A stretch of 64,000 nt of DNA, taken from contig OZ242382.1 of the NCBI GenBank assembly GCA_965209235.1, positions 943,010-1,007,009 on the forward strand. The letters run 5' to 3'. The DNA is from Gammaproteobacteria bacterium (GTDB taxonomy: Bacteria; Pseudomonadota; Gammaproteobacteria; G965209235). The notes beneath the pieces are model-generated. The model did no database searches, was not told the origin of the DNA, and saw only the letters and a list, made by a program, of their open reading frames with translations. The position numbers and the translations under genes are program-made. Positions 17,985-27,816 of the stretch are shown here, in pieces (the first letter of the stretch is position 1; each line of letters starts with the position of its first letter).

Positions 17985-19320
17985 ACTTCGGTTTCTGGGT
18001 AAACAAGCCGAGCGCTAACCGCGTCATGGCTTCAGTTCCTGTTCGAATCGTCGGGCTGGGATCGGGGTAGAAAAACGGCGAGTGCAGGGTTGGCAGCGAC
18101 GGGCCGCCTGCTTGCGCTGCGTCATATTTGGCGCGAGGAGCGGCGCCCACATTGAACATAAAGCTCGGAATGTTCGGCTCAACCGTGCCGTAACGACCAA
18201 AGTCTTCGCCGCCCATGGTGGGAGGCAGTTCGACTAAGTTGCCGCGCGGCAGATGCTCTTGGAACGTTTCCGCCGCAAAGCTGGCGAGACCAGGAGAGTT
18301 GTATGTGGCTGGCGTGTAGGTTTCGCCCTCTGTCACTACCGGCAGGCGATCTTCCGACACCCCAGAGGCTCTGGCGATGTTGTGGGCAATCCGCTCAATC
18401 GACGACAAGAGATGTTCCCGGACATCAGCTTCATACGACCGCACGGTCAGTTGCAGCAAGACCTCATCCCCGATGATGTTTCGCTTCGTGCCGCCATTGA
18501 TGGCGCCAACGGTCACAACAGCTGACTTCAGCGGGTCTACAGTGCGGCTCACGATTGTTTGCAGCCCCAAGACGATCTGCGATGCGATCACCACGGGGTC
18601 GATCGTTCCATGGGGGTACGCACCATGTCCGCCTTTGCCGCGAATCAAGACATCCACAGAATCGACGTTGGCCATGGCATAGCCTGCGGCGTATCCAATC
18701 GAGCCGGCAGGCAGGGATGAATTGACGTGAAGGGCAATGTTGTAGTCAGGGCGAGGGAAGCGCTCAAACAGGCCGTCTTCCAGCATCGCTTTCGCACCTC
18801 CGCCTACTTCCTCTGCCGGTTGGAAGATGACGATGAGTGTCCCTTTCCACTGATCTTGCAGCCGGATGAGTTGTCGGGCGGCGCCGATGCCGGCCGTCAT
18901 GTGCACGTCATGTCCACACGCGTGCATGACGCCGGTTTCACGACCTGAGGCTGTGATCGCCGTTTGAGTTGAGGCGTACACCCGTCCCGTCTGTTCTGTG
19001 ACTGGCAGCGCATCGGTATCGGCGCGGATGAGAACGGTGGGGCCACGGCCATTGCGGTAGACGCCAACGACGCCAAATTTATCGCTACCACCGACGTTCT
19101 CAGTGACTTGGAATCCCATGCCGCGGAGGCGGCGGGCGAGAAGTTCGGATGTCTCTTGCTCCTGCCAGGAAATTTCGGGATTCTGATGGAGGTGTACATA
19201 TAGGCGTTCGAGGTTACGCCGGTAGTCGGTGGCGATGGCGTCGGATAACGCATCCGCCATAACCGGGGCAGATGTGGAGACAGCGAGCAATCCGCCCACG
19301 AGAAGTTTGGAAAAACGCAT
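17974..19320 (-). CDS. M20D family amidohydrolase (hippurate hydrolase / aminoacylase-like), secreted
   Basis: ATG 19320 gives the signal peptide MRFSKLLVGGLLAVSTSAPVMA. 'MHACGHDVH' and 'FQPAEE' are M20 metal-binding motifs. Confidence 0.85.
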   Translation of the reverse strand: MRFSKLLVGGLLAVSTSAPVMADALSDAIATDYRRNLERLYVHLHQNPEISWQEQETSELLARRLRGMGFQVTENVGGSDKFGVVGVYRNGRGPTVLIRADTDALPVTEQTGRVYASTQTAITASGRETGVMHACGHDVHMTAGIGAARQLIRLQDQWKGTLIVIFQPAEEVGGGAKAMLEDGLFERFPRPDYNIALHVNSSLPAGSIGYAAGYAMANVDSVDVLIRGKGGHGAYPHGTIDPVVIASQIVLGLQTIVSRTVDPLKSAVVTVGAINGGTKRNIIGDEVLLQLTVRSYEADVREHLLSSIERIAHNIARASGVSEDRLPVVTEGETYTPATYNSPGLASFAAETFQEHLPRGNLVELPPTMGGEDFGRYGTVEPNIPSFMFNVGAAPRAKYDAAQAGGPSLPTLHSPFFYPDPSPTIRTGTEAMTRLALGLFTQKPKFTR

Positions 19321-19434
19321 GAGTCCGGGAGCCGTTTCAGCAAAACAGGTTCGTTGGGTAATGATACTCAACGCCATCTCGGCTACCTCAGAATCGCGAA
19401 CGATAAAATTAGGTAGCATCACGAATCCCTCATC

Positions 19435-20367
19435 ATGGAGTCACGTGTTGCGTGGGTGCGCGACTTTGCCGTGCGGTACAAGTCGCAAGTGGCCATTCAG
19501 GTGCCAGACTTCACGGTCAATTCCGGTGAAATCGTTGCACTCATTGGGCCCAACGGCGGCGGGAAATCCAGTTTGGTACGGGGGCTGGTCTCGTTAGCTG
19601 ATTGGACCGGCGAAGGCGCCGTCTTCGACGAGCCACTCCGGGCATCGGGGCTGTCGATCGCGACGAAGTCTAAGATGGGCGTCACTTTCCAAGGACGCGG
19701 CCTCCACGGGCACTGGCGCGTGCGCGACATGCTGGATTTGGTGAGAGTCGTCTTTCGGGGGCAAGGAGATATTGATGCGCTGGCGCGCAGGCTCGGCATT
19801 CTTGATCTCTCAAAACGACGCATCATGGACCTGTCTGGCGGTGAACGCCAGTTGCTTGAGATCGTGATGGCTTTGGGTCACGAGCCGGATTTTTTGATTG
19901 CCGATGAGCCGTCTGCGCAGTTAGATGCTGCGCACCGAACGGAAGTCAGAAGTGTGATTGCTCAGTCAGCTCGCCGCGGTGCGGGAGTCCTTTGGATCAC
20001 TCATGATGCTGCCGAGCTTGAGATAGCGGATCGCGTGTATGCATGCCAAGACGGCGTGTGTGGGTATCAAGGGACGATTGCAGAGATAGGGAAGAGAACA
20101 TTTGGTGACTGGATCGTGGACGCGCAGGGCGACAGTGAGATCATTAGGCGCTGGGGAGAACGCTTTGCAGCGATCAGCCAGACATGCGCGGTGTCGCATG
20201 GCAAAGGACGGTTTTCGGGCGGACAATCCGTTCGCCAATTGGCCAGCGAGATGATGACCGAAGAGGCCATTGCGTCGGTACAGGTGCGCGCGGTTGACGC
20301 CGAGCACATCCTGATGCACTTCGCCAAAAAAACAAGCGCAGATGATCGGGAGCCTCACGCCACATGA
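19435..20367 (+). CDS. ABC transporter ATP-binding protein
   Basis: It has Walker A 'GPNGGGKSS', the signature 'LSGGERQ' and Walker B 'LIADEPSAQLD', plus a C-terminal extension of about 100 aa. Confidence 0.85.
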   Translation: MESRVAWVRDFAVRYKSQVAIQVPDFTVNSGEIVALIGPNGGGKSSLVRGLVSLADWTGEGAVFDEPLRASGLSIATKSKMGVTFQGRGLHGHWRVRDMLDLVRVVFRGQGDIDALARRLGILDLSKRRIMDLSGGERQLLEIVMALGHEPDFLIADEPSAQLDAAHRTEVRSVIAQSARRGAGVLWITHDAAELEIADRVYACQDGVCGYQGTIAEIGKRTFGDWIVDAQGDSEIIRRWGERFAAISQTCAVSHGKGRFSGGQSVRQLASEMMTEEAIASVQVRAVDAEHILMHFAKKTSADDREPHAT

Positions 20368-21113
20368 ATGCGCTGATCGCGGGAACCCGAGGTTTTGTGG
20401 GTTTGGCAATCGTGGAGTCGCGGACGTACTGGCGCCAGCGTGCATCGCTACTGACAAATGCCATTCAACCTGTGCTGTTGCTGACATTACTGTGGGTCAG
20501 CATTGGCCATGTTGACATTGATGCCTTCATGTGGCTGGCTGTTGGGATGACGATGTTCAACATGATCGCGGCGTCCATGTTTACGCTCGCGATGCCATTG
20601 GTCGAGATGCGATCAGCGGGCTCGCTGCAACGGTTAGCCTGTTTCCCCGTATCTGTGACGGCGTATCTCTGTGCGTTTTGTCTCGTTCGGGTCGCAACGG
20701 TTTTCGTGATCGCCGTTCTCACCCTAGCGACCGCCTGTGCCATCGCAGGTTATGCGCCGCCAGTTTTAGCGACGATGGTTGGGGTCGTGGTTGTGGCGAT
20801 TAGCACCTGTGCCTTTATGGCCATGGGAATGGTGCTGGCATCTGTGGTGCCCAGCGTGCCAGCGATGACGTCCTTTAACCACGTGGGTTTGTTGCTCATC
20901 ATGCCCGTGGCCAACGCTTTCATCCCGCCAGATGTCTTGCCATCCTCAGTAGCCATCCTGTCGTACTACCTGCCGTTTGCGGCCACACCAACGGTTCTGA
21001 GGGAAATCATCTTCCAGGGAGCCATTCCGTGGGACTGGCGGATATTCGTTGGATTGCCGGTGTTGATTGGCGGGTGTCTCGTGGTGTTTGCTCGCAATTT
21101 CCGGTGGCGTTAG
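20364..21113 (+). CDS. ABC-2 type transporter permease
   Basis: The 249-aa protein has about 6 TM helices and is translationally coupled (ATGA) to the preceding ATPase. Confidence 0.8.
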   Translation: MNALIAGTRGFVGLAIVESRTYWRQRASLLTNAIQPVLLLTLLWVSIGHVDIDAFMWLAVGMTMFNMIAASMFTLAMPLVEMRSAGSLQRLACFPVSVTAYLCAFCLVRVATVFVIAVLTLATACAIAGYAPPVLATMVGVVVVAISTCAFMAMGMVLASVVPSVPAMTSFNHVGLLLIMPVANAFIPPDVLPSSVAILSYYLPFAATPTVLREIIFQGAIPWDWRIFVGLPVLIGGCLVVFARNFRWR

Positions 21114-21122
21114 GTTCCTCAC

Positions 21123-21899
21123 CTACCCCAATACACCTCGCTCAAAGAGCGACACAACTTCATTTTTTCCGATCACCAGATGGTCGATCAGATTGACTTC
21201 CACGAGCTCCAGTGCTTCTTGCAGTCGTTGTGTAATTTGCTCATCGGCTTTGCTGGGCTCGGCGCAACCAGACGGATGGTTGTGGGCTGCAATAATTCCG
21301 GTGGCATTCACGCGAAGTGCGCATTTGACCACTTCTCTTGGGTACACCGCTGCCGCATGAACGGTGCCATAAAACATTTCTTCATAGTGAAGTACGCGGT
21401 TGCGAACATTGAGAAACAACAGCGCGAAAACTTCACGATCTCGGTCACGAAGCATGGCGGAAAAGTGCGATGCCGCGGTTTGAGGGTTTCGAATGGGATC
21501 GCCGACGGAAACCCGCGCGCCTTCCAGGCGGCGAATGAGCTCCATGGCGGCTTTTAGTCTCATCCAACGAACTTGACTACCGGCCTTGGTCTTGGAGAAC
21601 TCGCTCCGTGAGAGTGACATCACCCGATCGATGGATCCGTACTCCTTCATGAGTTCCTGAGCCTTGGCCAAACTGATCGTGGATGCACTGCCTAAAACGA
21701 GAGTCAAGACTTCGGCATCACTGAGCTTGAGCATGTTTCCGGTTTCGTCGTTTTGCACATCGCGGATGCGACACGCGCACTCTGGCGATCGGCGGTTGTA
21801 GCGAGATTGAGGCAATGGCTTGCTCACTCGGGAGGTGCATACATCGTGACAAGCGCGCCAGTCGTTAGTCGTGACAGGTATCACGTCAGCCACCGGCAA
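21123..21899 (-). CDS. radC: RadC-family JAMM domain protein (UPF0758)
   Basis: 'LSDAEVLTLVLGS' (HhH region) and the JAMM motif 'IIAAHNHPSGCAEPSKAD' support the call. It is divergent from coaBC, as in E. coli. The start is uncertain (21899, or ATG at about 21734). Confidence 0.85.
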   Translation of the reverse strand: MPVADVIPVTTNDWRACHDVCTSRVSKPLPQSRYNRRSPECACRIRDVQNDETGNMLKLSDAEVLTLVLGSASTISLAKAQELMKEYGSIDRVMSLSRSEFSKTKAGSQVRWMRLKAAMELIRRLEGARVSVGDPIRNPQTAASHFSAMLRDRDREVFALLFLNVRNRVLHYEEMFYGTVHAAAVYPREVVKCALRVNATGIIAAHNHPSGCAEPSKADEQITQRLQEALELVEVNLIDHLVIGKNEVVSLFERGVLG

Positions 21900-21946
21900 G
21901 CGAGATAATGCATTGCCAGCCCCTGTCGACGCCCTTAAGCGAGAAG

Positions 21947-23152
21947 ATGCAGGACATCACACCGACAGTGTCGCACGTGGCGTTGATCGTGACAGGCAGT
22001 ATTGCCGCTTACAAGGCAGCCGCGCTCGCGAGTGGTCTCGCTAAAAGTGGTATGAACGTTCACACCATTCTCACTGATGGTGGCGCATCATTCATAAATG
22101 ATATAACGTTTCAAGCTATCACCGGACATCGCGTCAGAAAAGAGATTTTCGATGTGGATGCCGAATCGGCGATGAGCCACATTGATCTCGCTCGCGAAGC
22201 ACAGTTAGTGATTGTCGCGCCGGCAAGCGCCTCATTTCTTTCCGAGCTTGCCACTGGTGGAGCAAGAACCCTTGGCTCCACCGTTTGCTTGGCTACGGAA
22301 GCTCCGGTTTGGATCTTCCCTGCGATGAACGCTGTTATGTGGCGTCACCCGCTTGTGCAACAAAACGTGCAGCGCCTGCGCGGCGCCGGGTATCGTGTGT
22401 TCGATGTGGATGCAGGCCGGCAGGCGTGCGGAGAAGTGGGTGATGGTCGGATGGCCGAGCCTGAAGCCATTGAATTGGCGGTGCGCGCGTTTACGGGGCG
22501 CGCATCGTTGTCTGGGCGACATGTGGTTGTCACCGCAGGCCCGACACACGAACCAATGGACCCGGTCCGATATCTCGGTAATCGCAGCTCAGGGAAGATG
22601 GGATGTGCTGTTGCTGCAGCGGCGGTTGCGGCCGGTGCGAAGGTGACTCTCATTCATGGCCCGTTGTCTGCAGAGATGCCCGTCGGTATCACGCCGATAC
22701 CCATCGAAACGGCGCAGCAGATGTGTGATGCCGTGATGGCTCACCAGGCTGACGTCTTTGTCGGAGTCGCTGCGGTGGCGGATTGGAGCCCCGGGAGTCA
22801 TGATGCCAAACTGAAGAAGTCAGATCATCAGGGTCCGCCGGCAGTCACGTTGAATGAAAACCCTCACGTGTTAAAGGCAGCTGCTGCATCAGGCCACTAC
22901 CGAACAGTGGTGGGTTTCTGCGCCGAAACCGGCGGCGATCTCGCAAAGGAAGCGGCTCGAAAGTGCGCAGAATATGGGTGTGACGCGGTCTGCGCAAATG
23001 ACGTTTCACATGGGACAGGCGCGTTCAATGCCGAAGAAAATGCGCTGATCGTGGTATCACGCGATGGCGTTGTCACCCAGATAGAAGGACACAAGCTGGC
23101 GGTGGCAGCTCAGCTTGTCGAGCAGATCTCTCGGTGGACGGAGATTTCGTGA
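21947..23152 (+). CDS. coaBC: bifunctional phosphopantothenoylcysteine decarboxylase / phosphopantothenate-cysteine ligase
   Basis: 'IVTGSIAAYKA' (flavoprotein domain) and 'VTAGPTHEPMDPVRYLGNRSSGKMG' (CoaB domain) support the call. The start was chosen at ATG 21947. Confidence 0.95.
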   Translation: MQDITPTVSHVALIVTGSIAAYKAAALASGLAKSGMNVHTILTDGGASFINDITFQAITGHRVRKEIFDVDAESAMSHIDLAREAQLVIVAPASASFLSELATGGARTLGSTVCLATEAPVWIFPAMNAVMWRHPLVQQNVQRLRGAGYRVFDVDAGRQACGEVGDGRMAEPEAIELAVRAFTGRASLSGRHVVVTAGPTHEPMDPVRYLGNRSSGKMGCAVAAAAVAAGAKVTLIHGPLSAEMPVGITPIPIETAQQMCDAVMAHQADVFVGVAAVADWSPGSHDAKLKKSDHQGPPAVTLNENPHVLKAAAASGHYRTVVGFCAETGGDLAKEAARKCAEYGCDAVCANDVSHGTGAFNAEENALIVVSRDGVVTQIEGHKLAVAAQLVEQISRWTEIS

Positions 23153-23153
23153 C

Positions 23154-23357
23154 CTATTTGGCCTTGAATTGCCGTCTGAAGCGCTCGACGCGTCCTGCTG
23201 AGTCGAGAATTTTTTGCTTACCCGTAAAGAACGGGTGGCATTTACTGCAGACCTCAACTTGCATATCCGATTTCCGGGAGGACAAAACTGAAAACGTGTG
23301 TCCGCAACTGCACCCGACAGCAATCGTTTGAGTTTGAGGATGGATGCCGTCTTTCAA
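23154..23357 (-). CDS. rpmE: 50S ribosomal protein L31
   Basis: 'MKDGIHPQ...CSCGH...CSKCHPFFTGKQK..D..GRVERF' is canonical zinc-binding L31. Confidence 0.95.
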   Translation of the reverse strand: MKDGIHPQTQTIAVGCSCGHTFSVLSSRKSDMQVEVCSKCHPFFTGKQKILDSAGRVERFRRQFKAK

Positions 23358-23441
23358 GGGAATGGATCGTAAGGTGAAGTCGTGCGGATTATAGGTAAGG
23401 CGGCAACAAAGGCGCGCTTAATGAAGGGTTGGGATGCTGTG

Positions 23442-24254
23442 ATGAAAGCGGTTTTTCGGTTGTTGCCGACGATCGCAATCTCACGAATAATGGGCGTTGC
23501 CGCTGATTCCAAGCGTTTGGGACGCGCTTTGGTGTGGGTGTTTGCATTTGCCTATCGACGTGTGAATTGGCATCAAGCGCGCAACCCCAACGCGTCTGAG
23601 TATGAGACTCTCAACGACGCATTCGTGAGGCCACTTGCGATCAATGTACGTGGGCGCGTGAAGCGTTTGGATGATGCCGTGGTTTCGCCTGCGCAAGGAG
23701 TGTTGACAGCGTCCGGCACGATTGATGATCTGAAGTGCTCCCCGGTCAAGGGCTTTCGGTACGACGTGGCGACATTGCTTGGTGATGCCGCACTGGCAAA
23801 GACGTTTCAACATGGAGAGTTTGGCATCATTTATCTCGCGCCACACCACTACCATCGCGTGCATGCGCCGGTCGAGGGAGTGCTTCGTGCAGTGGTGCAT
23901 ATTCCAGGCCGCCTTCTTCCTGTTAATAACACAGGGATCAGACTGTTTCCCGATGTCTTGTCTCAAAACGAGCGGATGGTCTTCGTTCAGGACGTGGGAA
24001 AAGCGTCCATTGCGACGGTGATGGTGGGAGCGTTCGGTGTGGGATCCATCCAAACAGACATGGTGTCCACGCGGCCGCATCCTAAAAAAGTGATTCGCGA
24101 TGACTTTGCGAGCGAATTTCCGATACCCGCTGGCGAGGAGATGGGCAAGTTCTTGTTTGGGTCAAGCGTGGTGTTGCTGAGTTCTGAACCCATGGAGCTC
24201 GTGTTGCCGCAAGATGTCGATGTCGGCGACGTTATTGGACGGCGTCCTCACTAG
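23442..24254 (+). CDS. psd: phosphatidylserine decarboxylase proenzyme
   Basis: 'YLAPHHYHRVHAP' and the self-cleavage region 'GKFLFGSSVVLL' (the LGST-type site reads FGSS here) support the call. The start is ambiguous (23382/23421/23442). Confidence 0.9.
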   Translation: MKAVFRLLPTIAISRIMGVAADSKRLGRALVWVFAFAYRRVNWHQARNPNASEYETLNDAFVRPLAINVRGRVKRLDDAVVSPAQGVLTASGTIDDLKCSPVKGFRYDVATLLGDAALAKTFQHGEFGIIYLAPHHYHRVHAPVEGVLRAVVHIPGRLLPVNNTGIRLFPDVLSQNERMVFVQDVGKASIATVMVGAFGVGSIQTDMVSTRPHPKKVIRDDFASEFPIPAGEEMGKFLFGSSVVLLSSEPMELVLPQDVDVGDVIGRRPH

Positions 24255-25158
24255 GCCAACCCGAGGGATCATCGGGGTCAGGGAGCCAGATGCGGCGAGC
24301 GTTGAGAGCGGCCATAACGAGGCGATCCACGCCTACCGCCACGCCGGAGCATGGCGGTAACTGCTCCGTCATATCCCTTGTCACGGCATCGCGACCGTCA
24401 GCCGGAATATCGTGTGCATCCCACCGTCGCTTGAGTTCGGTGGGATCTGTGAGCTCTTCACATCCGTTGGCAAGTTCCACGCTGCCGTAATAGACTTCAA
24501 AGCGCGCCGCAAAGCCAGGCGCTGCTGGTGCCGCAAGAAGGGATGAGATCGCGGGCCAGTCGTGGACAACTGTGAGAACCGAAGGCGGCATGTGCTGTTG
24601 AGCCAATTCGGAGAACAGAATGTCGAGCAGATCCTCGCGCGTGCAATCGTCTGCGCGCACTAGGCCAATCTTTGCCATCGCGAGTTGACGGAGCGCGCTC
24701 AGTGGCGCGTTGTGGGAGATGTCAATGTATTTCGACCACAGATCAAGCCATGACGCGAAGGTCACCTCTCTGACTTGTCCGCCCGCCGTCTTCATGGCGC
24801 CGGAAATGACGTGCACGGTGTGGTTGGCTAGGGTTTTCCATGACGCACCTAACGTGTACCATTCAGCAATCACGAATTCACGACGATGTTCAGGCGTGAG
24901 CGGATCATCCCGAAACGCATGGGTGACTTGATAGATGTCTCCCGATCCGCGGGAGAGCAAGGCTTTCATAGCGCGTTCGGGGGAAGGTTGTAGGTAGCCG
25001 ATCCCGGTTTGAATCGGCGCAACACCTCGCTCAAAGATGACACCACGGGCCACGCTCGGGGTTTGCACCTCCACGTAACCATCCGCGTCAAGTTGTGAGC
25101 GAATTGCTCGCAGAACAGTCGCTCTGGCTTGTAAATTGCGCCTGAGCGCAGATGACAT
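24232..25158 (-). CDS. epmA: elongation factor P--(R)-beta-lysine ligase (PoxA/GenX)
   Basis: The class II LysRS-like catalytic core lacks an anticodon domain: 'GYVEVQTPS', 'YLQPSPERAMKALL', 'IYQVTHAFRDD...HRREFVIAEWY'. It lies directly downstream of efp. Confidence 0.9.
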   Translation of the reverse strand: MSSALRRNLQARATVLRAIRSQLDADGYVEVQTPSVARGVIFERGVAPIQTGIGYLQPSPERAMKALLSRGSGDIYQVTHAFRDDPLTPEHRREFVIAEWYTLGASWKTLANHTVHVISGAMKTAGGQVREVTFASWLDLWSKYIDISHNAPLSALRQLAMAKIGLVRADDCTREDLLDILFSELAQQHMPPSVLTVVHDWPAISSLLAAPAAPGFAARFEVYYGSVELANGCEELTDPTELKRRWDAHDIPADGRDAVTRDMTEQLPPCSGVAVGVDRLVMAALNARRIWLPDPDDPSGWPSEDAVQ

Positions 25159-25736
25159 TAGCCTGAGGCGTCTTTTGCGCGCGACAGATACTTGCCTTCT
25201 CGGGTATCCACCTTAATGAATTCGCCTTGATCGACAAACAGAGGCACTTGCACCGTCGCGCCAGTCTCTAACGTTGCTGGCTTGCTCCCACCAGTGGCGG
25301 TATCGCCGCGAAGTCCAGGATCGGTCTCGGCAATGCGAACGACCTTCATTTGGGGAGGTAGTACGGTGATGATCTCTCCGTTCCAAAGTGTCACCTGGCA
25401 CTTATCACTCGGTGCAATCCACTTTTCTGCATCTGCGACAACGGCTTTGGATGTCACGTACTGTTCAAAGGACTCTTCATTCATGAAATGAAAGTCATCG
25501 CCATCTCGGTACAGATAGGAGGCTGTGAGCTCCATGACATCTGCTGCTTCCAGCGATTCCCCAGACTTAAACGTGCGTTCCCAAATACGGTTGGTTTTGA
25601 GATTACGCAGTTTCACGCGGTTAAAGGCTTGGCCTTTACCGGGCTTGACCATGGTGTTTTCAGAGATCACGCATGGATCGTTATCGAGCATGACTCGAAT
25701 ACCGGGTTTGAACTCGTTAGTGGAGTAGCGCGCCAC
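25158..25736 (-). CDS. efp: elongation factor P
   Basis: '[43 protein letters not shown]' has Lys in the PGKG loop. GTG 25736 gives the canonical N-terminus (MARYSTNEF); the alternative is GTG 25751. Confidence 0.95.
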   Translation of the reverse strand: MARYSTNEFKPGIRVMLDNDPCVISENTMVKPGKGQAFNRVKLRNLKTNRIWERTFKSGESLEAADVMELTASYLYRDGDDFHFMNEESFEQYVTSKAVVADAEKWIAPSDKCQVTLWNGEIITVLPPQMKVVRIAETDPGLRGDTATGGSKPATLETGATVQVPLFVDQGEFIKVDTREGKYLSRAKDASG

Positions 25737-25770
25737 GCCTATAGACAACACGAAGTTGCGGGATTATCCC

Positions 25771-27567
25771 CTACATTTTCTCTGGAGCGGTGACGCCGAG
25801 AATATCCAACCCCGTCTTCATCACGATGCGCGTGGCTTCGCTCAGAGCCATCCGATTGTGATCCAAATCGTCATCAATGATTCTGTGCCCGGCATACCAG
25901 CTGTGATATTCGCGAGCAATCTTCCATAAGTGCAGCGAGAGTCGATGCGGCTCCCGGCGCTCACAGGCGACCTTGACTACATTGGGCCATTCGTCGAGTG
26001 AGAGCAACAGCGTGTTGGTGGCATCGTCCTCAATGGTGTACGGCGGTGATGCTCGAGGCGTGCCTTCGCTCGGCCACATCTCGCGATCGATGGCGAGGCG
26101 TTTGACCGCACTAGCGCGCGCATGGGCGTACTGAACGTAGTACACCGGGTTGTCTTTTGTGCGACTGGTCGCAAGCTCAAGGTCGATTTCCAGCGGTTGA
26201 TCCGCTCGCCGGAGCGTGTAGAAATACCGCGTCGCATCCTTGCCAATGCGGGCAACCAAGTCACTCAGGCGATCAAAGCTGCCTTTGCGGGTGCTTTGTG
26301 ATACCTGCTCACCGCCTTCGACCACGGAGGCGAATTGAACATACTGGATGTCCAGCTTGCCTTTGGGCTGTCCAAGGGCGGACAAGGCATCTTGCAAGCG
26401 CGGCTCGTATCCGTGATGATCTGATCCCCACACATTGATGAGGAGGGAGTCACAACGGGAGCACTTGTTGAGGTGATACGCGAGATCCGTCAAAAAATAG
26501 GTCGGGGCTCCATTGCTGCGCACAAGCACGCGGTCGGGATCGTCACCGGTCGTCATGAACCACGTGGCGCCATCTTTCTTGTACGCCCGCCCCACGGCCA
26601 CCAATCGGGTCAGTACCTTCGTCAATTCGTCGCTATGCGACACGATGCTTTCGTGGGACCACTCATCAAGCCAAATATTCAGATCACGGAGCGTGCGGCG
26701 AATCTGTCCCATGCAGAACTCGCGCGCTTGAGTCTTCAGTTCTTCAATAGCGCTGTACCCAATGTCTGACTCCATCCGATTGAGTTCCCAGTCCAGATTT
26801 TTCTGTTCATCATCGACAGGAGCATGGTGCATGATCCACACCTGTCCACCTTTGTGGATGTCACGGTCGCGTACAGCACGTTGGTGGTTTCGGGCGACTT
26901 CGTAGAGGTATCGTCCTTCATAGCAACCAGGAGGTAGCGATGAGCGACGTTTGCGCTTCCCTGTGAGTTCAAGATAACGGAGCCACACGGAGAGCGCGAG
27001 GATTTCCATTTGTCGGCCTGCGTCATTGACGTAGTACTCGCGGATCGTTTTCCACCCGCAGTACGACATGAGGCTGGCGAGCACGTCCCCTTCGATGGCG
27101 CCGCGCCCATGCCCCACGTGGAGCGGGCCCGTTGGGTTGGCCGACACGAACTCAATGAGAACTTGGCGTCCCTGACCTAACTCCGTTTGGCCGTAGGCCG
27201 ATTGTTCATCGAAAATGCGGCTGGGTAGCGATGTCAGATCGGACTTCCCTAATCGAAGATTGATAAATCCGGGCGGCGCCACTTCCGCCGCCATCACGCC
27301 AACATCATTCGCGGCCACAAGCTTGTCGCAAATCGCTTGGGCCGCGACGATGGGTTTCACACCAACGCTTTTGGCCACAACCATGGCGGCATTAGTGGCC
27401 CAGTCGCCCTTATCGGTATTCGGTGGCCTTTGGACGCTCACCCGCGCGAGTGCGCGCTCTTCAACGTTTTCCCACAGATCCTGAATGACCTGTGTAATGG
27501 CGGTTAGCAATGAGTTGCGCGTATCAGTTGGCACGGCCGCAGTGGAAACGAAAGACGTAAGTTGCAT
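25771..27567 (-). CDS. argS: arginine--tRNA ligase
   Basis: 'FVSANPTGPLHVGHGRGA' (HIGH region) and the C-terminal '...GVTAPEKM' support the call. The start was chosen at ATG 27567; TTG 27597 is possible. Confidence 0.95.
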   Translation of the reverse strand: MQLTSFVSTAAVPTDTRNSLLTAITQVIQDLWENVEERALARVSVQRPPNTDKGDWATNAAMVVAKSVGVKPIVAAQAICDKLVAANDVGVMAAEVAPPGFINLRLGKSDLTSLPSRIFDEQSAYGQTELGQGRQVLIEFVSANPTGPLHVGHGRGAIEGDVLASLMSYCGWKTIREYYVNDAGRQMEILALSVWLRYLELTGKRKRRSSLPPGCYEGRYLYEVARNHQRAVRDRDIHKGGQVWIMHHAPVDDEQKNLDWELNRMESDIGYSAIEELKTQAREFCMGQIRRTLRDLNIWLDEWSHESIVSHSDELTKVLTRLVAVGRAYKKDGATWFMTTGDDPDRVLVRSNGAPTYFLTDLAYHLNKCSRCDSLLINVWGSDHHGYEPRLQDALSALGQPKGKLDIQYVQFASVVEGGEQVSQSTRKGSFDRLSDLVARIGKDATRYFYTLRRADQPLEIDLELATSRTKDNPVYYVQYAHARASAVKRLAIDREMWPSEGTPRASPPYTIEDDATNTLLLSLDEWPNVVKVACERREPHRLSLHLWKIAREYHSWYAGHRIIDDDLDHNRMALSEATRIVMKTGLDILGVTAPEKM

Positions 27568-27816
27568 ACATTCTGACGTGGTCGTGGGTAAATCCAACTT
27601 ACAATCCGTGCACAGGCTCGTTTCGCCTGTCTTTAGGGAGCTGGCCCGTCAATGAAACCTCGTGCTGAACGCGCTCTCTTGTTGATCTGGCTCGAAATTC
27701 TCCTCCGTGACATTCGGCTCAGCCTCATCCGCCGGCGCCGTAGGTTGGCGGCTGGTGAAGGCCGCGGGCCGCCGTGGACGCCCCTTTGGTGGGAAGTGAC
27801 CCGTACGTTGGTCACC

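Noticed and set aside
27652-27816. A 55-codon N-terminal extension of the sulfotransferase ORF.
   Set aside because: Its composition (IRRRRRLAAGEGRGPPWTPLWW) looks like translated GC-rich non-coding DNA. I keep it as an alternative start only.
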